From assembly GCA_044355515.1 (NCBI GenBank), contig JBIKXY010000001.1, forward strand, positions 1 through 41,846: a stretch of 41,846 nt of DNA, read 5' to 3'. The notes under the pieces were generated by a model. That model was not told the origin of the DNA and did no database searches. It was given only the letters and a program-made list of their open reading frames with translations. Below, piece by piece: positions 1 to 8,370 of this stretch. This stretch comes from Pirellulales bacterium (GTDB lineage: Bacteria > Planctomycetota > Planctomycetia > Pirellulales > UBA1268). The first letter of the stretch is position 1. Every line of letters starts with the position of its first letter. The position numbers and the translations under genes were made by a program.

Positions 1-582
1 CCGGAACTCCAGGCCGTGAAGGGGCTGATCCGCCGCACGGAGGCCCGGGCGGCGGCCCGCTCCTCCGGCGTGCACCCCGAGCGGATCCACTTCCTCGACC
101 TGCCCTTCTACGAAACCGGGCGGGTGCGCAAGAACCCGCTCGGCCCCGAGGACATCGCGATCACGGCCCGGCTGCTCGACGAGGTGAAGCCCCATCAGGT
201 CTACGCCGCCGGCGACCTCTCGGACCCCCACGGCACGCACCGCGTCTGCCTGGCGGCGGTGTTCGCGGCGCTCGAGCAGCTCGCCGGCCGCGACTGGGCC
301 AAGGACTGCGAGTGCTGGCTCTACCGGGGCGCCTGGCAGGAGTGGGACCCGCACGAGATCGACATGGCGGTGCCGCTTTCGCCCGACGAGGTGGAGCGAA
401 AGCGGATGGCGATCTTCAAACACGAGAGCCAGAAGGACCGGGCCGTGTTTCCCGGGCCGACCGACCCCCGCGAGTTCTGGCAGCGGGCCGAGGACCGCAA
501 CCGCGACACCGCGAGGCTCTACGACAAGCTCGGCCTGCCGGAGTACGAGGCGATCGAGGGCTTCGTGTTGCGGCGCGGCTGA
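1..582 (+). CDS. C-terminal part of a long NagB-type protein (PIG-L/LmbE-like deacetylase domain); the 5' end lies outside the window
   Basis: Frame 1 is open from base 1 (PELQAVKGLIRR...) to TGA 580-582. Motifs AAGDLSDPHGTHRVC, MAIFKHESQKDR and FWQRAEDRNRDTARLY recall the C-terminal domain of ~600-aa glucosamine-6-phosphate deaminase/PIG-L fusion proteins. Recognised from memory only. Confidence 0.55.
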   Translation, partial: PELQAVKGLIRRTEARAAARSSGVHPERIHFLDLPFYETGRVRKNPLGPEDIAITARLLDEVKPHQVYAAGDLSDPHGTHRVCLAAVFAALEQLAGRDWAKDCECWLYRGAWQEWDPHEIDMAVPLSPDEVERKRMAIFKHESQKDRAVFPGPTDPREFWQRAEDRNRDTARLYDKLGLPEYEAIEGFVLRRG

Positions 583-735
583 GCCCGGAGTCGTGCCGCC
601 GTGGGGTGGGCCCGGGTCGGCGGTCACGAAGTGTCGGGCGGCAGCGACTGCCGGCCGGCGACCGGCCACCTCTGTCTGGAATCGGAGGGCTTGCCCGTGG
701 AGTTTCGCAATCTTCGGATCCGCGAACTGCCGTAG
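583..735 (+). pseudogene. Short remnant resembling the extreme C-terminus of a DUF1080 (3-keto-disaccharide hydrolase-like) protein
   Basis: The same frame continues after the stop as ...SGGSDCRPATGHLCLESEGLPVEFRNLRIRELP, ending at TAG 733-735. The G-x-L-x-L-[EQ]-x-x-G-x-PV-x-FRN-L-RI-x-EL ending is typical of DUF1080 C-termini. Only about 25-45 codons are present, with no full domain. Confidence 0.35.
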
Positions 736-810
736 GCATGGCCGGGGGCATCCGCCCGAGGCTGGACGGCTGGTATAGGCTTGAGGCTTTCGGGCCCAGG
801 ATGCTCCATC

Positions 811-2256
811 ATGGTCCGATCCGCCTGCCTGACCGCGGTCGCACTGCTGGCCGCGGTGGTGGTTTCGACGCCGGCGCTGGCCGCCCCGGCCGCCGAGCCG
901 CGGTGCCTGACGATCGATGTGTTCGCGGCCTCGGCCGACGAGGCGGCCGGCCCAGTGATGACGCGGCTGGAAGCGTTCGCCGCGGAGCGGGGCGGGATCA
1001 CCGTCGTGCGGCGGTTCGTCGATACCGTGCCCGAGGATCAGGCGGCGCTGGTGGCGGCCGCGGCGCAGCACGGGTTTGCCGCCGCCGACCTGCCCGTGGT
1101 GCTGGCTTGCGGCTCCGCCGTGCCCGCGGCCCGGGATCCCGACGCCGTGCTCCGTCGGGTCGCGGCCGCCTGCAGCATCGAGGTGTACACCCGGCGCGGC
1201 TGCGGCCGCTGCGGCAAGGCCAAGGACTGGCTTCCCGAACTGGTCGCCGCTTACCCGGGGCTGCGGCCGGTCGTTCTCGACCTGACGGCCGACGCCGGGG
1301 CCCGGACGGCGCTGGCCGATTTGGTCCGCCGCCACAAGACCGCGGCGGCGAGCGTGCCGGTGTTCCACCTCTGCGATCGGCTGGTCGTCGGCTTCGACCG
1401 GCCCGAGGCGATGCGGCCCCGCCTGGAGCGGATCCTCGAGCCCTGGACGCGGCCCTGCAGGGCTCCGGTCGGCGAGGATCCGCCTCCCCAGGCGTCCGCG
1501 GGCGACGATGACGAGGCGGTGGACGTGCCCTGGCTCGGCCGGCTCGACCCGCGGCAACTCGGAATGCCGCTGTTCACGGTGGCGATCGGCCTGGTGGACG
1601 GGTTCAATCCCTGCGCGATGTGGGTGCTGCTCTTGTTGCTCTCGATCCTCGTCAACCTCCGCGACCGGACGAAGATCCTGGCGATCGCGGGCACGTTCGT
1701 CCTCGTCAGCGGCGCCGCCTATTTCGCCTTCATGGCGGCCTGGTTGAGCGTGTTCGAGTGGATCGGGATGCTGCGGCCGGTGCAGCTCGCGCTCGGCGGG
1801 CTGGCGGTCGTGATCGGGCTGGTTCACGTGAAAGACTTTTTTGCCTTCAAGCAGGGGCCGTCGCTCTCGATCCCCGAGTCGGCGAAGCCCGGCATCTACG
1901 CCCGGATCCGAGGGATCGTGAACGCGGAGAACCTGCCGGCGGCGATCGGGGCCGCCTTCGTGCTGGCGGTACTCGTCAACCTCGTGGAGTTGCTCTGCAC
2001 CGCCGGGCTGCCGGCCCTCTACACGGGCATCCTCACGCAGCGGGGCTACTCGACCGCGGCCCGCTACGGGTATTTGGGGCTTTACATCGCGGCCTACATG
2101 TTCGACGACGCGCTGATGGTCGCGGGCGTGGTGCTGTCGCTGGCCCGGTTCAAGCTCCAGGAGACCGGTGGCCGCTGGCTCAAGCTCGTCAGCGGCGGCG
2201 TGATCCTGGCCCTCGGCCTGACGATGCTGTTCAAGCCCGAGTGGCTGGAGGGTTGA
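811..2256 (+). CDS. Thiol-redox membrane protein: glutaredoxin-like CxxC domain fused to a DsbD/CcdA-like multi-pass membrane domain
   Basis: ATG 811 gives a signal-like MVRSACLTAVALLAAVVVSTPALA (the track ORF begins at TTG 781). The Grx motif is YTRRGCGRCGKAKDWL. The C-terminal half is a series of hydrophobic helices with conserved cysteines in GFNPCAMWVLLLL and LVELLCTAGLP. Confidence 0.75.
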   Translation: MVRSACLTAVALLAAVVVSTPALAAPAAEPRCLTIDVFAASADEAAGPVMTRLEAFAAERGGITVVRRFVDTVPEDQAALVAAAAQHGFAAADLPVVLACGSAVPAARDPDAVLRRVAAACSIEVYTRRGCGRCGKAKDWLPELVAAYPGLRPVVLDLTADAGARTALADLVRRHKTAAASVPVFHLCDRLVVGFDRPEAMRPRLERILEPWTRPCRAPVGEDPPPQASAGDDDEAVDVPWLGRLDPRQLGMPLFTVAIGLVDGFNPCAMWVLLLLLSILVNLRDRTKILAIAGTFVLVSGAAYFAFMAAWLSVFEWIGMLRPVQLALGGLAVVIGLVHVKDFFAFKQGPSLSIPESAKPGIYARIRGIVNAENLPAAIGAAFVLAVLVNLVELLCTAGLPALYTGILTQRGYSTAARYGYLGLYIAAYMFDDALMVAGVVLSLARFKLQETGGRWLKLVSGGVILALGLTMLFKPEWLEG

Positions 2257-2264
2257 GGCAGGCC

Positions 2265-3209
2265 TCAGTTGCCCACGGCGGCGGGGAAGCCGGCCTGGAT
2301 CAGCTGCGGATAGCCCTGCTTGAGCGGCCGCACGTCGTAGCCGAGGGGCCCCAGGATTGCGGCGGCCTCGAGGCAGCGGCCCCCCATCAGGCAGTGGCAG
2401 TAGATGATCTTGTCCTTGGGGAGCAGGGCCGCGAGCCGGGCCGGATCGAGGGCCTGCTCGAGCGTGCTCAGGGGCACGAGCCGGGCGCCGGCGATGTGGC
2501 CTTGGGCCCACTCGTCGGGCTCGCGGACGTCGATGATCACCGCCTGCCCGCCCGCGACGGCCTGCTGCACGGCCGGCAGCGGATCCTTGGTGTGGCCGGC
2601 CGCGGCTGCGGGGCCGGCGGCGGCCGCGGCCACGATCGCGGCCAGCAGGAGCCGTGAGCAGGTGGCGGCCGGAGCCTGGTTCCAGGGCATCCGCGAGATC
2701 AGCATCGCCATCCCGCAGGTGTCGGTGACCCCCGCGAACACCAGGCCGCAGCCGACGAACCCGGCCAGGCCGGCCCCGATGCTCTTCCAAAGCTGATCGG
2801 GCCCGAAGGCCGCCAGGGCCGCGCCGATGGCCACGAGGGCCCCGGCCGCGATCCGCACTTGCCGCTCGAGGGAGATCGCCTGCTTGCCGCGGACGACGGG
2901 CAGACCCGCGGCGTCGCAGGCGGCGGTGCCCCCCTCGACGCTGACGACATCGGCGATGCCCGCCGCGATCATCTTCTCACAGGCCGTCTTGCTGCGGCCG
3001 CCCGAGCGGCAGACGAAGTAGATCGGCCCGCCGTGCTGCGCGTGGTCGGCCGCGACCTGCTTGGGGTCGAGCCGGTCGAGCGGCACGTTGCGGGCGAAGT
3101 CGACGTGCACCTCGCCGTATTCGGCCGGCGTGCGGACGTCGATCAGATTGATCGCGTCGCCGCGGCGGCGGAGGTCCAGCAGCTGCTTGGGGGAGATGGT
3201 GGCGACCAT
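2265..3209 (-). CDS. Rhodanese - DUF2892 (YgaP-like membrane segment) - rhodanese fusion; sulfurtransferase
   Basis: There are two rhodanese active-site loops, FVCRSGGRS and YCHCLMGGRC. The central hydrophobic DUF2892-like segment is ...RIAAGALVAIGAALA...GFVGCGLVFAGVTDTCGMA. Start is ATG 3209, with GTG 3218 as an alternative. It lies directly downstream of the ArsR gene on the same strand. Confidence 0.8.
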   Translation of the reverse strand: MVATISPKQLLDLRRRGDAINLIDVRTPAEYGEVHVDFARNVPLDRLDPKQVAADHAQHGGPIYFVCRSGGRSKTACEKMIAAGIADVVSVEGGTAACDAAGLPVVRGKQAISLERQVRIAAGALVAIGAALAAFGPDQLWKSIGAGLAGFVGCGLVFAGVTDTCGMAMLISRMPWNQAPAATCSRLLLAAIVAAAAAGPAAAAGHTKDPLPAVQQAVAGGQAVIIDVREPDEWAQGHIAGARLVPLSTLEQALDPARLAALLPKDKIIYCHCLMGGRCLEAAAILGPLGYDVRPLKQGYPQLIQAGFPAAVGN

Positions 3210-3246
3210 GGGGCACACTCCTCGGGGTGGGAAAACGGGCCGGCGG

Positions 3247-3600
3247 TCAGCGGCGTTCCTTGCCGCCGAACCGGTCGGCGATGCAGTTCATGATGTTGGC
3301 GAGATGCGGCTCGACGATCGCGTAGTAGACGGTGCGGCCCTCGCGGGCCGAGTCGAGGAAGCCGCACCGCTGCATCAACCGGAGATGCTCGCTGGCCATG
3401 TGGCTGGGGATGCCGCAGGCCTCGGCGAGTTCGCCAACCGTGTAGCGGCCGCCGAGCAGCATTTCGACGATCCGGAGGCGGTGGGGGTGGGCAAGCGTCC
3501 GCAGGCACTCGGCCGCCTGGCCGAGTGACTCGAGCGGGATCAGGCCGCGTTGCCTGGCGGCGGGGCGGCGGGATGAAGGTGCGGAGGTGGTGGGGGTCAC
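3247..3600 (-). CDS. ArsR/SmtB-family HTH repressor, BigR/SqrR-like (candidate persulfide sensor)
   Basis: HTH core LRTLAHPHRLRIVEMLLGGRYTVGELAEACGIPSHMASEHLRLMQRCGFL...GRTVYYAI. One Cys lies before the first DNA-binding helices (AAECLRTL) and one in the C-terminal helix (IMNCIADRF). Start is assigned to GTG 3600, preceded by GGGAG. The in-frame ATG at 3672 lies inside the promoter spacer (see 3660-3688). The 556-aa track ORF upstream of this point is shadow frame. Confidence 0.8.
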   Translation of the reverse strand: MTPTTSAPSSRRPAARQRGLIPLESLGQAAECLRTLAHPHRLRIVEMLLGGRYTVGELAEACGIPSHMASEHLRLMQRCGFLDSAREGRTVYYAIVEPHLANIMNCIADRFGGKERR

Positions 3601-3659
3601 AAAACCGCTCCCTGCGGAACCCGGGCCCAAATCGCTCGGGCGGCGATGATCACTAGCCA

Positions 3660-3688
3660 AATATATCGACATATGACGATATGTCAAT
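3660..3688 (-). promoter_or_regulatory. Promoter/operator copy A (ATTGACATATCGTC-N6-CGATATATT) upstream of the arsR-rhodanese operon
   Basis: The minus strand reads ATTGACATATCGTCATATGTCGATATATT. That is TTGACA, a 16-nt spacer and TATATT, overlapping the inverted repeat ATATCG-N8-CGATAT. An A-rich tract (GAAAAAACTGA) sits just upstream. Confidence 0.7.
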
Positions 3689-3719
3689 TCAGTTTTTTCG
3701 GGATTCCCTGCCGGGCCGC

Positions 3720-4733
3720 TCAACCGAGCAGCTGCCGGGCCAGCGAGAAGTAGATCACCAGCGTGACCATGTCGGTGGCCGCGAGGGCCACCGGGCCGGC
3801 GGCCACCTGCGGCTCGCGGGCGAAGAGCCGCAGCAGGTTGGGCATCGCCACGCCGATCACCGCGGCGCAGATCACGCCCCCCGTGATTCCCCCGAAGAGC
3901 GCCAGCGCCACCGTCGGCTGGCCGAGCCAGGCGACCGCCACCAGCGCCACCGCCACGGCGCTCGCCCCCCCGAGCATCACGCCCGTGGCCGACTCGTGCC
4001 GGACGGCCCCCGCGATCGCCGCGAGCGACGGCCGGCGGCCGTGCAGCCGCTGCAGCGCGATGCTCACCGACTGGATCGCCACGCTCTCGGCGAGGGCCAA
4101 GACGACCGGCACGAACAGGGCCAGCGCCACGGCCTTCTCCAGCTCGGCCTGGAACAGCCCCGAGAGGAAGGCGGCCATGATCCCGCCGCCGATGTTGGCG
4201 AGCAACCAGGGAAACCGGCTCTTGAAGGCGGCCACCGGCGAGCGGGCCTGGGAGTCTTCGAAGTGCACGCCGATCAGCTGGAACAAGTCGTCGAGCTCCT
4301 CGCGGCGGTCGACGTCGGCGAGCTCCTCGGTGTAGAGGTCCACGTCCACGATCCCGAGCATCCGCCGCTGGTCGTCCACCACCGGAAACGCGAGCAGCTT
4401 GTGGAGCAGGAAGAACTCGCAGGCGTCGAGCACGGTGGCCGCGGCGGGAATCGTGACCACCCGCGTGACCATCACGTCGCGGACGGGCGTCGCGTCGGGC
4501 GAGAGCAGCAGCCGGCGGACGGGCACCACGCCGGCCAGCCGCCCCTCGGCGTCGAGCACGTAGAAGTAGATAATCCGCCCCTCGGGCGGCGTGGCGCGGG
4601 CGGTAGCGATCGCCTCGCCGACGGTCTGGTCGAGCGCGAGCCGGGCGAAGTCGGCCCGCATGTGCCGCGCGACCGGGTCGGCGAGGTGGGAGCTGGCGGT
4701 GGAGGGGGAGGGCATGGGGGGCTCGAGCGGCAC
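3720..4733 (-). CDS. MgtE-like divalent cation channel, short form (CBS pair plus MgtE membrane domain, no MgtE_N domain)
   Basis: CBS-like segments are [21 protein letters not shown]...[18 protein letters not shown]. They are followed by MgtE-type helices: [65 protein letters not shown]. Confidence 0.8.
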   Translation of the reverse strand: MPLEPPMPSPSTASSHLADPVARHMRADFARLALDQTVGEAIATARATPPEGRIIYFYVLDAEGRLAGVVPVRRLLLSPDATPVRDVMVTRVVTIPAAATVLDACEFFLLHKLLAFPVVDDQRRMLGIVDVDLYTEELADVDRREELDDLFQLIGVHFEDSQARSPVAAFKSRFPWLLANIGGGIMAAFLSGLFQAELEKAVALALFVPVVLALAESVAIQSVSIALQRLHGRRPSLAAIAGAVRHESATGVMLGGASAVAVALVAVAWLGQPTVALALFGGITGGVICAAVIGVAMPNLLRLFAREPQVAAGPVALAATDMVTLVIYFSLARQLLG

Positions 4734-4790
4734 GTGAACGCAAGAGGTGCGGTCTTGTCAGCGTGTTGGGTGCGTCAACACAAGTGCGCC

Positions 4791-4921
4791 GGGGTTGCCC
4801 ATGCCATCTCGCCGGACGCTCGCTGCGGGCATCCTGCCCTCCGCTCGCTCGAAGGAAACCCCGCTTCGCCATCCTGGCTGCGCTCGGTTTCCTACGCCGC
4901 TCGATTGGCATGGGCAACCCC
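4791..4921 (+). repeat. MITE/REP-like palindromic element, copy 1 (full, 131 bp)
   Basis: Arms GGGGTTGCCCATGCCA ... TGGCATGGGCAACCCC are perfect 16-bp reverse complements. The internal core is GGCATCCTGCCCTCCGCTCGCTCGAAGGAAACCCCGCTTCGCCATCCTGGCTGCGCTCGGTTTCC. It lies in the divergent intergenic region between the mgtE-like and DUF1538 genes. Confidence 0.9.
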
Positions 4922-5027
4922 TTCAGCCTTTCATTGGGGTTCGCGCATGAGCCAAAAGTCTATTCGCGGTAGACTTCGGCGCCTTCGGCTGCCGTGCCGG
5001 GCTGAGTGTCGCCGAGAGTCTCGCACG

Positions 5028-5777
5028 ATGCAGTTGGCAAGGATTCGTCATCTCCTCTCGGCGGCTGCCGGATTCGGCGGGGCGATGCTCGGCAGCCTCC
5101 GGGACCTGCTGCCGATCATCGTCGTGATCGCCGCCTTCCAACTGCTCGTCTTCCGACAGCCGCTGGAAAACTTCGCTTCGGTGGCGGCCGGCCTGGGGCT
5201 GGTCGTGCTCGGGCTGACGCTGTTCGTGTTCGGCCTGGAGCTGGGGCTGTTTCCGATCGGCGAGCAGTTGGCCCATGCCTTCGCCCGCAAGGGGAGCGTG
5301 CCCTGGCTGGTCGCCTTCGCCTTCGCGCTGGGGTTCGGCACGACCGTGGCCGAGCCGGCGCTGGTGGCCGTGGCGGCCGAGGCCGGGAAAGTCACCGGTG
5401 GCGGCAACGCCTGGCAGACCGGGCTGCGGCTGACGGTCGCTCTCGCGGTGGGCGTGGCGCTCGTGATCGGGGTGCTGCGGATTCTCCTCGGCTGGCCGCT
5501 CCAATGGCTGATCATTGGCGGCTACCTGGCCGTGATGGCGCTGACGCCGCTGGCCCCGGCGGAGATCGTGGGGGTGGCGTACGACTCCGGCGGCGTCACG
5601 ACCTCCACGATCACCGTCCCGCTGACCGCGGCGCTGGGGGTGGGGCTCGCCGGCAGCATCCGCGGCCGCAACCCGCTGGTGGACGGGTTCGGCCTGATCG
5701 CTTTGGCCTCGCTGACGCCGATCGTGTTCGTGCTCCTGTTCGGCACGGCCTGGCCCGTCGCCGGGCCGGGGGAGTGA
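5028..5777 (+). CDS. DUF1538 family integral membrane protein (paralog 1)
   Basis: ATG 5028 ([10 protein letters not shown]...). Motifs [38 protein letters not shown] and [11 protein letters not shown]. Only the C-terminal 249 aa of the 698-aa track ORF look protein-like. Confidence 0.8.
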   Translation: MQLARIRHLLSAAAGFGGAMLGSLRDLLPIIVVIAAFQLLVFRQPLENFASVAAGLGLVVLGLTLFVFGLELGLFPIGEQLAHAFARKGSVPWLVAFAFALGFGTTVAEPALVAVAAEAGKVTGGGNAWQTGLRLTVALAVGVALVIGVLRILLGWPLQWLIIGGYLAVMALTPLAPAEIVGVAYDSGGVTTSTITVPLTAALGVGLAGSIRGRNPLVDGFGLIALASLTPIVFVLLFGTAWPVAGPGE

Positions 5778-5791
5778 CCGGAGCGGCGCTC

Positions 5792-6592
5792 ATGCCCGAC
5801 CTGCTTGCCGACATCACGATTCGCCTGCTCGGCTCCCTGGCCTCGACGATCCGGGACGTGGTCCCGATCGTGGCCGTGATCGCCTTCTTCCAGTTCGTCG
5901 TCCTGCGACGACCGGTGACCGCCCCGGCCCGGCTGCTGGTCGGCCTGGCGGCGGTGATCGCCGGCTTGGCGGTGTTTCTCGTCGGCCTGGACGTGGGCCT
6001 GTTTCCCTTGGGGAAAGCGATGGCCCGCCAACTCTCCGATCCGGTCTTCGTGTCGCAGGGGCGGGCCGCGGCCGAGCTCGACTGGACGTCGTATCGGACG
6101 ACCTACCTGTTCGCCTTCTGCCTCGGCTTCGCGACCACGATCGCCGAGCCAGCACTGATGTCGGTGGCGGTCAAGGCGGGTCAGGTGTCCGGCGGCAGCA
6201 TCAATCCGCTCGGGCTCCGGATCGCCGTGGCGCTGGGGGCCGGCACGGGGGTGACGCTCGGCGTGGTGCGGATCTGCGCCGGGATTCCGCTGCCGCTGTT
6301 CATGATCGCGGGCTACCTGCTCGTCGTGATCCAGACGTTCCTGGCCCCGCGGGCGATCGTGCCGCTGGCCTATGATTCCGGCGGCGTGACCACCTCCACC
6401 GTCACCGTGCCGATGGTGGCGGCGCTCGGCCTGGGGCTGGCGGAGCAGTTGCCGGGGCGGTCGCCGCTCGCCGACGGCTTCGGGCTGATTGCGTCGGCCG
6501 CGCTGTTTCCTATGCTCACGGTGATGGGCTACGCCCAACTGGCCGACTGGCGGGCCCGCCGCCGCCGGCGGGCTTCGTCCGCGGAGGGCTGA
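5792..6592 (+). CDS. DUF1538 family integral membrane protein (paralog 2)
   Basis: ATG 5792 (MPDLLADITIRLLG...). It has the same motif set as paralog 1: [49 protein letters not shown]. Confidence 0.8.
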   Translation: MPDLLADITIRLLGSLASTIRDVVPIVAVIAFFQFVVLRRPVTAPARLLVGLAAVIAGLAVFLVGLDVGLFPLGKAMARQLSDPVFVSQGRAAAELDWTSYRTTYLFAFCLGFATTIAEPALMSVAVKAGQVSGGSINPLGLRIAVALGAGTGVTLGVVRICAGIPLPLFMIAGYLLVVIQTFLAPRAIVPLAYDSGGVTTSTVTVPMVAALGLGLAEQLPGRSPLADGFGLIASAALFPMLTVMGYAQLADWRARRRRRASSAEG

Positions 6593-6597
6593 ACGAC

Positions 6598-6948
6598 ATG
6601 CACTTCAAGCTGATCATCGCCTTCTGCGACGACGACAAGACCTGCGACGTGATGCAGGCGGCCCGGGCCGCCGGCGCCACCGGGGCCACGATCATCCCCA
6701 ACGCCCGCGGCGAGGGGCTCAGGCCCGCCAAGACCTTCTTCGGCCTCTCGCTCGAGACCCAGCGGGACGTGCTCCTGTTGCTCGTGGAGGAGCATCTGGC
6801 CCGGCCGATCCTCGAGACGATCGAGCGGACCGGCCGATTCGACTCGTCGCCCGGCACGGGCATCGCGTTCATGATCGACGTGGAGGATGCGGTGGGCGTG
6901 GCCCACCAGGCCGCCTCGATCGCCCCCACACTGGAGCAGCACCTATGA
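6598..6948 (+). CDS. P-II-like signal transduction protein (small, GlnB-fold-like)
   Basis: 116 aa: MHFKLIIAFCDDDKTCDVMQAARAAGATGATIIPNARGEG...DVLLLLVEEHLARPILETIERTG...PGTGIAFMIDVEDAVGV. This follows the beta-alpha-beta x2 layout of PII proteins. It starts 6 nt after the DUF1538 stop. Confidence 0.65.
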   Translation: MHFKLIIAFCDDDKTCDVMQAARAAGATGATIIPNARGEGLRPAKTFFGLSLETQRDVLLLLVEEHLARPILETIERTGRFDSSPGTGIAFMIDVEDAVGVAHQAASIAPTLEQHL

Positions 6949-7361
6949 GCGACCGGCAGAGCGACCGGCAGGTCGTGCGCGTCCGCGACGTGATGAAGCG
7001 GGAGTTCGACCTCGTGGACGGCAAGCTGACCGTGCGGGAGGCGCTGGCCGGCATGCGGCACGAGCAGACGCGGGCCCTGATCGTGGACAAGCGGCATCCC
7101 GACGACGAGTACGGGATCGTGCTGCTCTCCGACATCGCCAAGAAGGTGCTGGCGGCCGACCGCTCGCCCGACCGCGTCAACCTCTACGAGATCATGAGCA
7201 AGCCGGTGCTGGGCATCGACCCGGAGATGGACATCCGATACTGCGCCCGGCTGCTCGAGCGGTTCGGGATCATGCGGGCCCCGGTGGTCGAAAACCGCAC
7301 CGTGATCGGCGTGGTGAGCTTCCACGACCTCGTGCTGCGGGGGATGCGGGCGGGCGGCTAG
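6945..7361 (+). CDS. CBS-pair domain protein
   Basis: Two CBS motifs: VRDVMKREFDLVDGKLTVREAL...ALIVDKR...GIVLLSDI and LYEIMSKPVLGIDPEMDIRYCARLL...RAPVVENRTVIGVVSFHDL. Its ATG overlaps the PII-like stop (ATGA). Confidence 0.85.
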   Translation: MSDRQSDRQVVRVRDVMKREFDLVDGKLTVREALAGMRHEQTRALIVDKRHPDDEYGIVLLSDIAKKVLAADRSPDRVNLYEIMSKPVLGIDPEMDIRYCARLLERFGIMRAPVVENRTVIGVVSFHDLVLRGMRAGG

Positions 7362-8299
7362 CGCACGGTCATCGGCTGGGCGGCCAGGGGCAGGGCCGGC
7401 TGCTGCCCGCGGACTTCGACGGGAGAGAAGGCGGCCCAGACGGGATTGTGGTCGGAGACCTCGAGCGCGTTGTTGAGCGGCAGCCCGAAGGCAGTTTGCA
7501 GATCGAGCACGCCCCAGGCGCCCAGATACTCGGTCGTCTGCGGGCGGGCGAAGACGAGGTTGTCATACGTCTTCGTCCGCCGGGTGTTGGTGGTCGTGCC
7601 CCCGACGGCCCAGCCGACGCCGGGAATCCGTTGGAAGGAGCCAAACTCGGGTGGGCCGGCGTTCAAGTCGCCCAGCATGATCACGTCGTCTTCGTCGGGC
7701 CGGGCCCGCTGCATCGCCAGGAACACGTCGGTGAGCGCGGCGAGCTCCTCTGGCACCTCGTCCGGGTCGGTGTGGGTGTTGACCAGCCAGAAGGTGAAGG
7801 CGGCCTCGGCCGGCGTGACCAGCGTGCGAAACCGGGCCACCATCGGCGGGCGGTGGAGCCGGTCGGAGGGGTCGGGGATCCTCCCCAGCGAGGCGGGATC
7901 GACCGCGATCCGGGTCGTGTCGTAGACGAAGACGTATTGCTCCTTGCTCACGGTCCGGCCCTCCCGCGGGCCGATCACGTAGTGGTAGCGGCTGCCGTCG
8001 GCGTTCACCGCCTGGATGAAGCGGGGGATGATCTCGTCCGACTTGGCCCGCACCTCCTGGATGGCCACGATGTCGAACTTCCGCACCACGCGGGCCAGCA
8101 CCTCGACGACGTTTTGCTTGGCCAGCTTCGACTCGCCGAACACCTGAATATTGAAGCTGGCGATCAGGACGGCATCCCACGGCTTGGCCGCGGGCTGGGC
8201 CGAGGCCGCGGCGGGCCACACGAGCGCGAGGCACCAGGCGACCGCCACGAGCAGGTGACGGCGGGGTCGCGGGGTCGGGCTGGACGATGACCGGCGCAC
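7358..8299 (-). CDS. Secreted DNase I-like endonuclease/exonuclease/phosphatase (EEP) family nuclease
   Basis: Signal peptide RRHLLVAVAWCLALVWPAAASA. DNase I-like motifs are IASFNIQVFGESK, FDIVAIQEVR, YVFVYD, VMLGDLNA and SDHNPVWA. Confidence 0.8.
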   Translation of the reverse strand: MRRSSSSPTPRPRRHLLVAVAWCLALVWPAAASAQPAAKPWDAVLIASFNIQVFGESKLAKQNVVEVLARVVRKFDIVAIQEVRAKSDEIIPRFIQAVNADGSRYHYVIGPREGRTVSKEQYVFVYDTTRIAVDPASLGRIPDPSDRLHRPPMVARFRTLVTPAEAAFTFWLVNTHTDPDEVPEELAALTDVFLAMQRARPDEDDVIMLGDLNAGPPEFGSFQRIPGVGWAVGGTTTNTRRTKTYDNLVFARPQTTEYLGAWGVLDLQTAFGLPLNNALEVSDHNPVWAAFSPVEVRGQQPALPLAAQPMTVR

Positions 8300-8370
8300 A
8301 TCCCCGGTATCGGCCGCACAGCCTGCCGATCATGCCGCTTCCGCGGGGCGGCCGGATGGCTTCGCGGGCT

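Noticed and set aside
3601-4917. N-terminal extensions of track ORFs: 3247-4917, 3681-5777, 5006-6592, 20776-22395, 27313-29538, 33782-35404, 35522-37189, 15961-17826, 8371-8946, 9120-10136.
   Set aside because: Only the C-terminal portions carry family motifs. The extensions overlap neighbouring real genes or repeats and are compositionally shadow-like. Internal ATG/GTG starts with better context were used instead.
4747-4972. Recurring small ORFs with similar peptides (…[10 protein letters not shown]…, …[23 protein letters not shown]…) at 4747-4972, 8923-9135, 11483-11671, 22295-22522, 28068-28291.
   Set aside because: They recur because they lie inside the MITE/REP-like repeat, and they appear in both orientations and in several frames. 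There is no start context or conservation beyond the DNA repeat itself, so they are not treated as a peptide family.
7358-7361. The convergent CBS gene and nuclease gene share their stop codons within the palindrome CTAG (TAG on both strands).
   Set aside because: This is real but trivial. A 4-nt tail-to-tail overlap is common in compact genomes and implies no special mechanism by itself.
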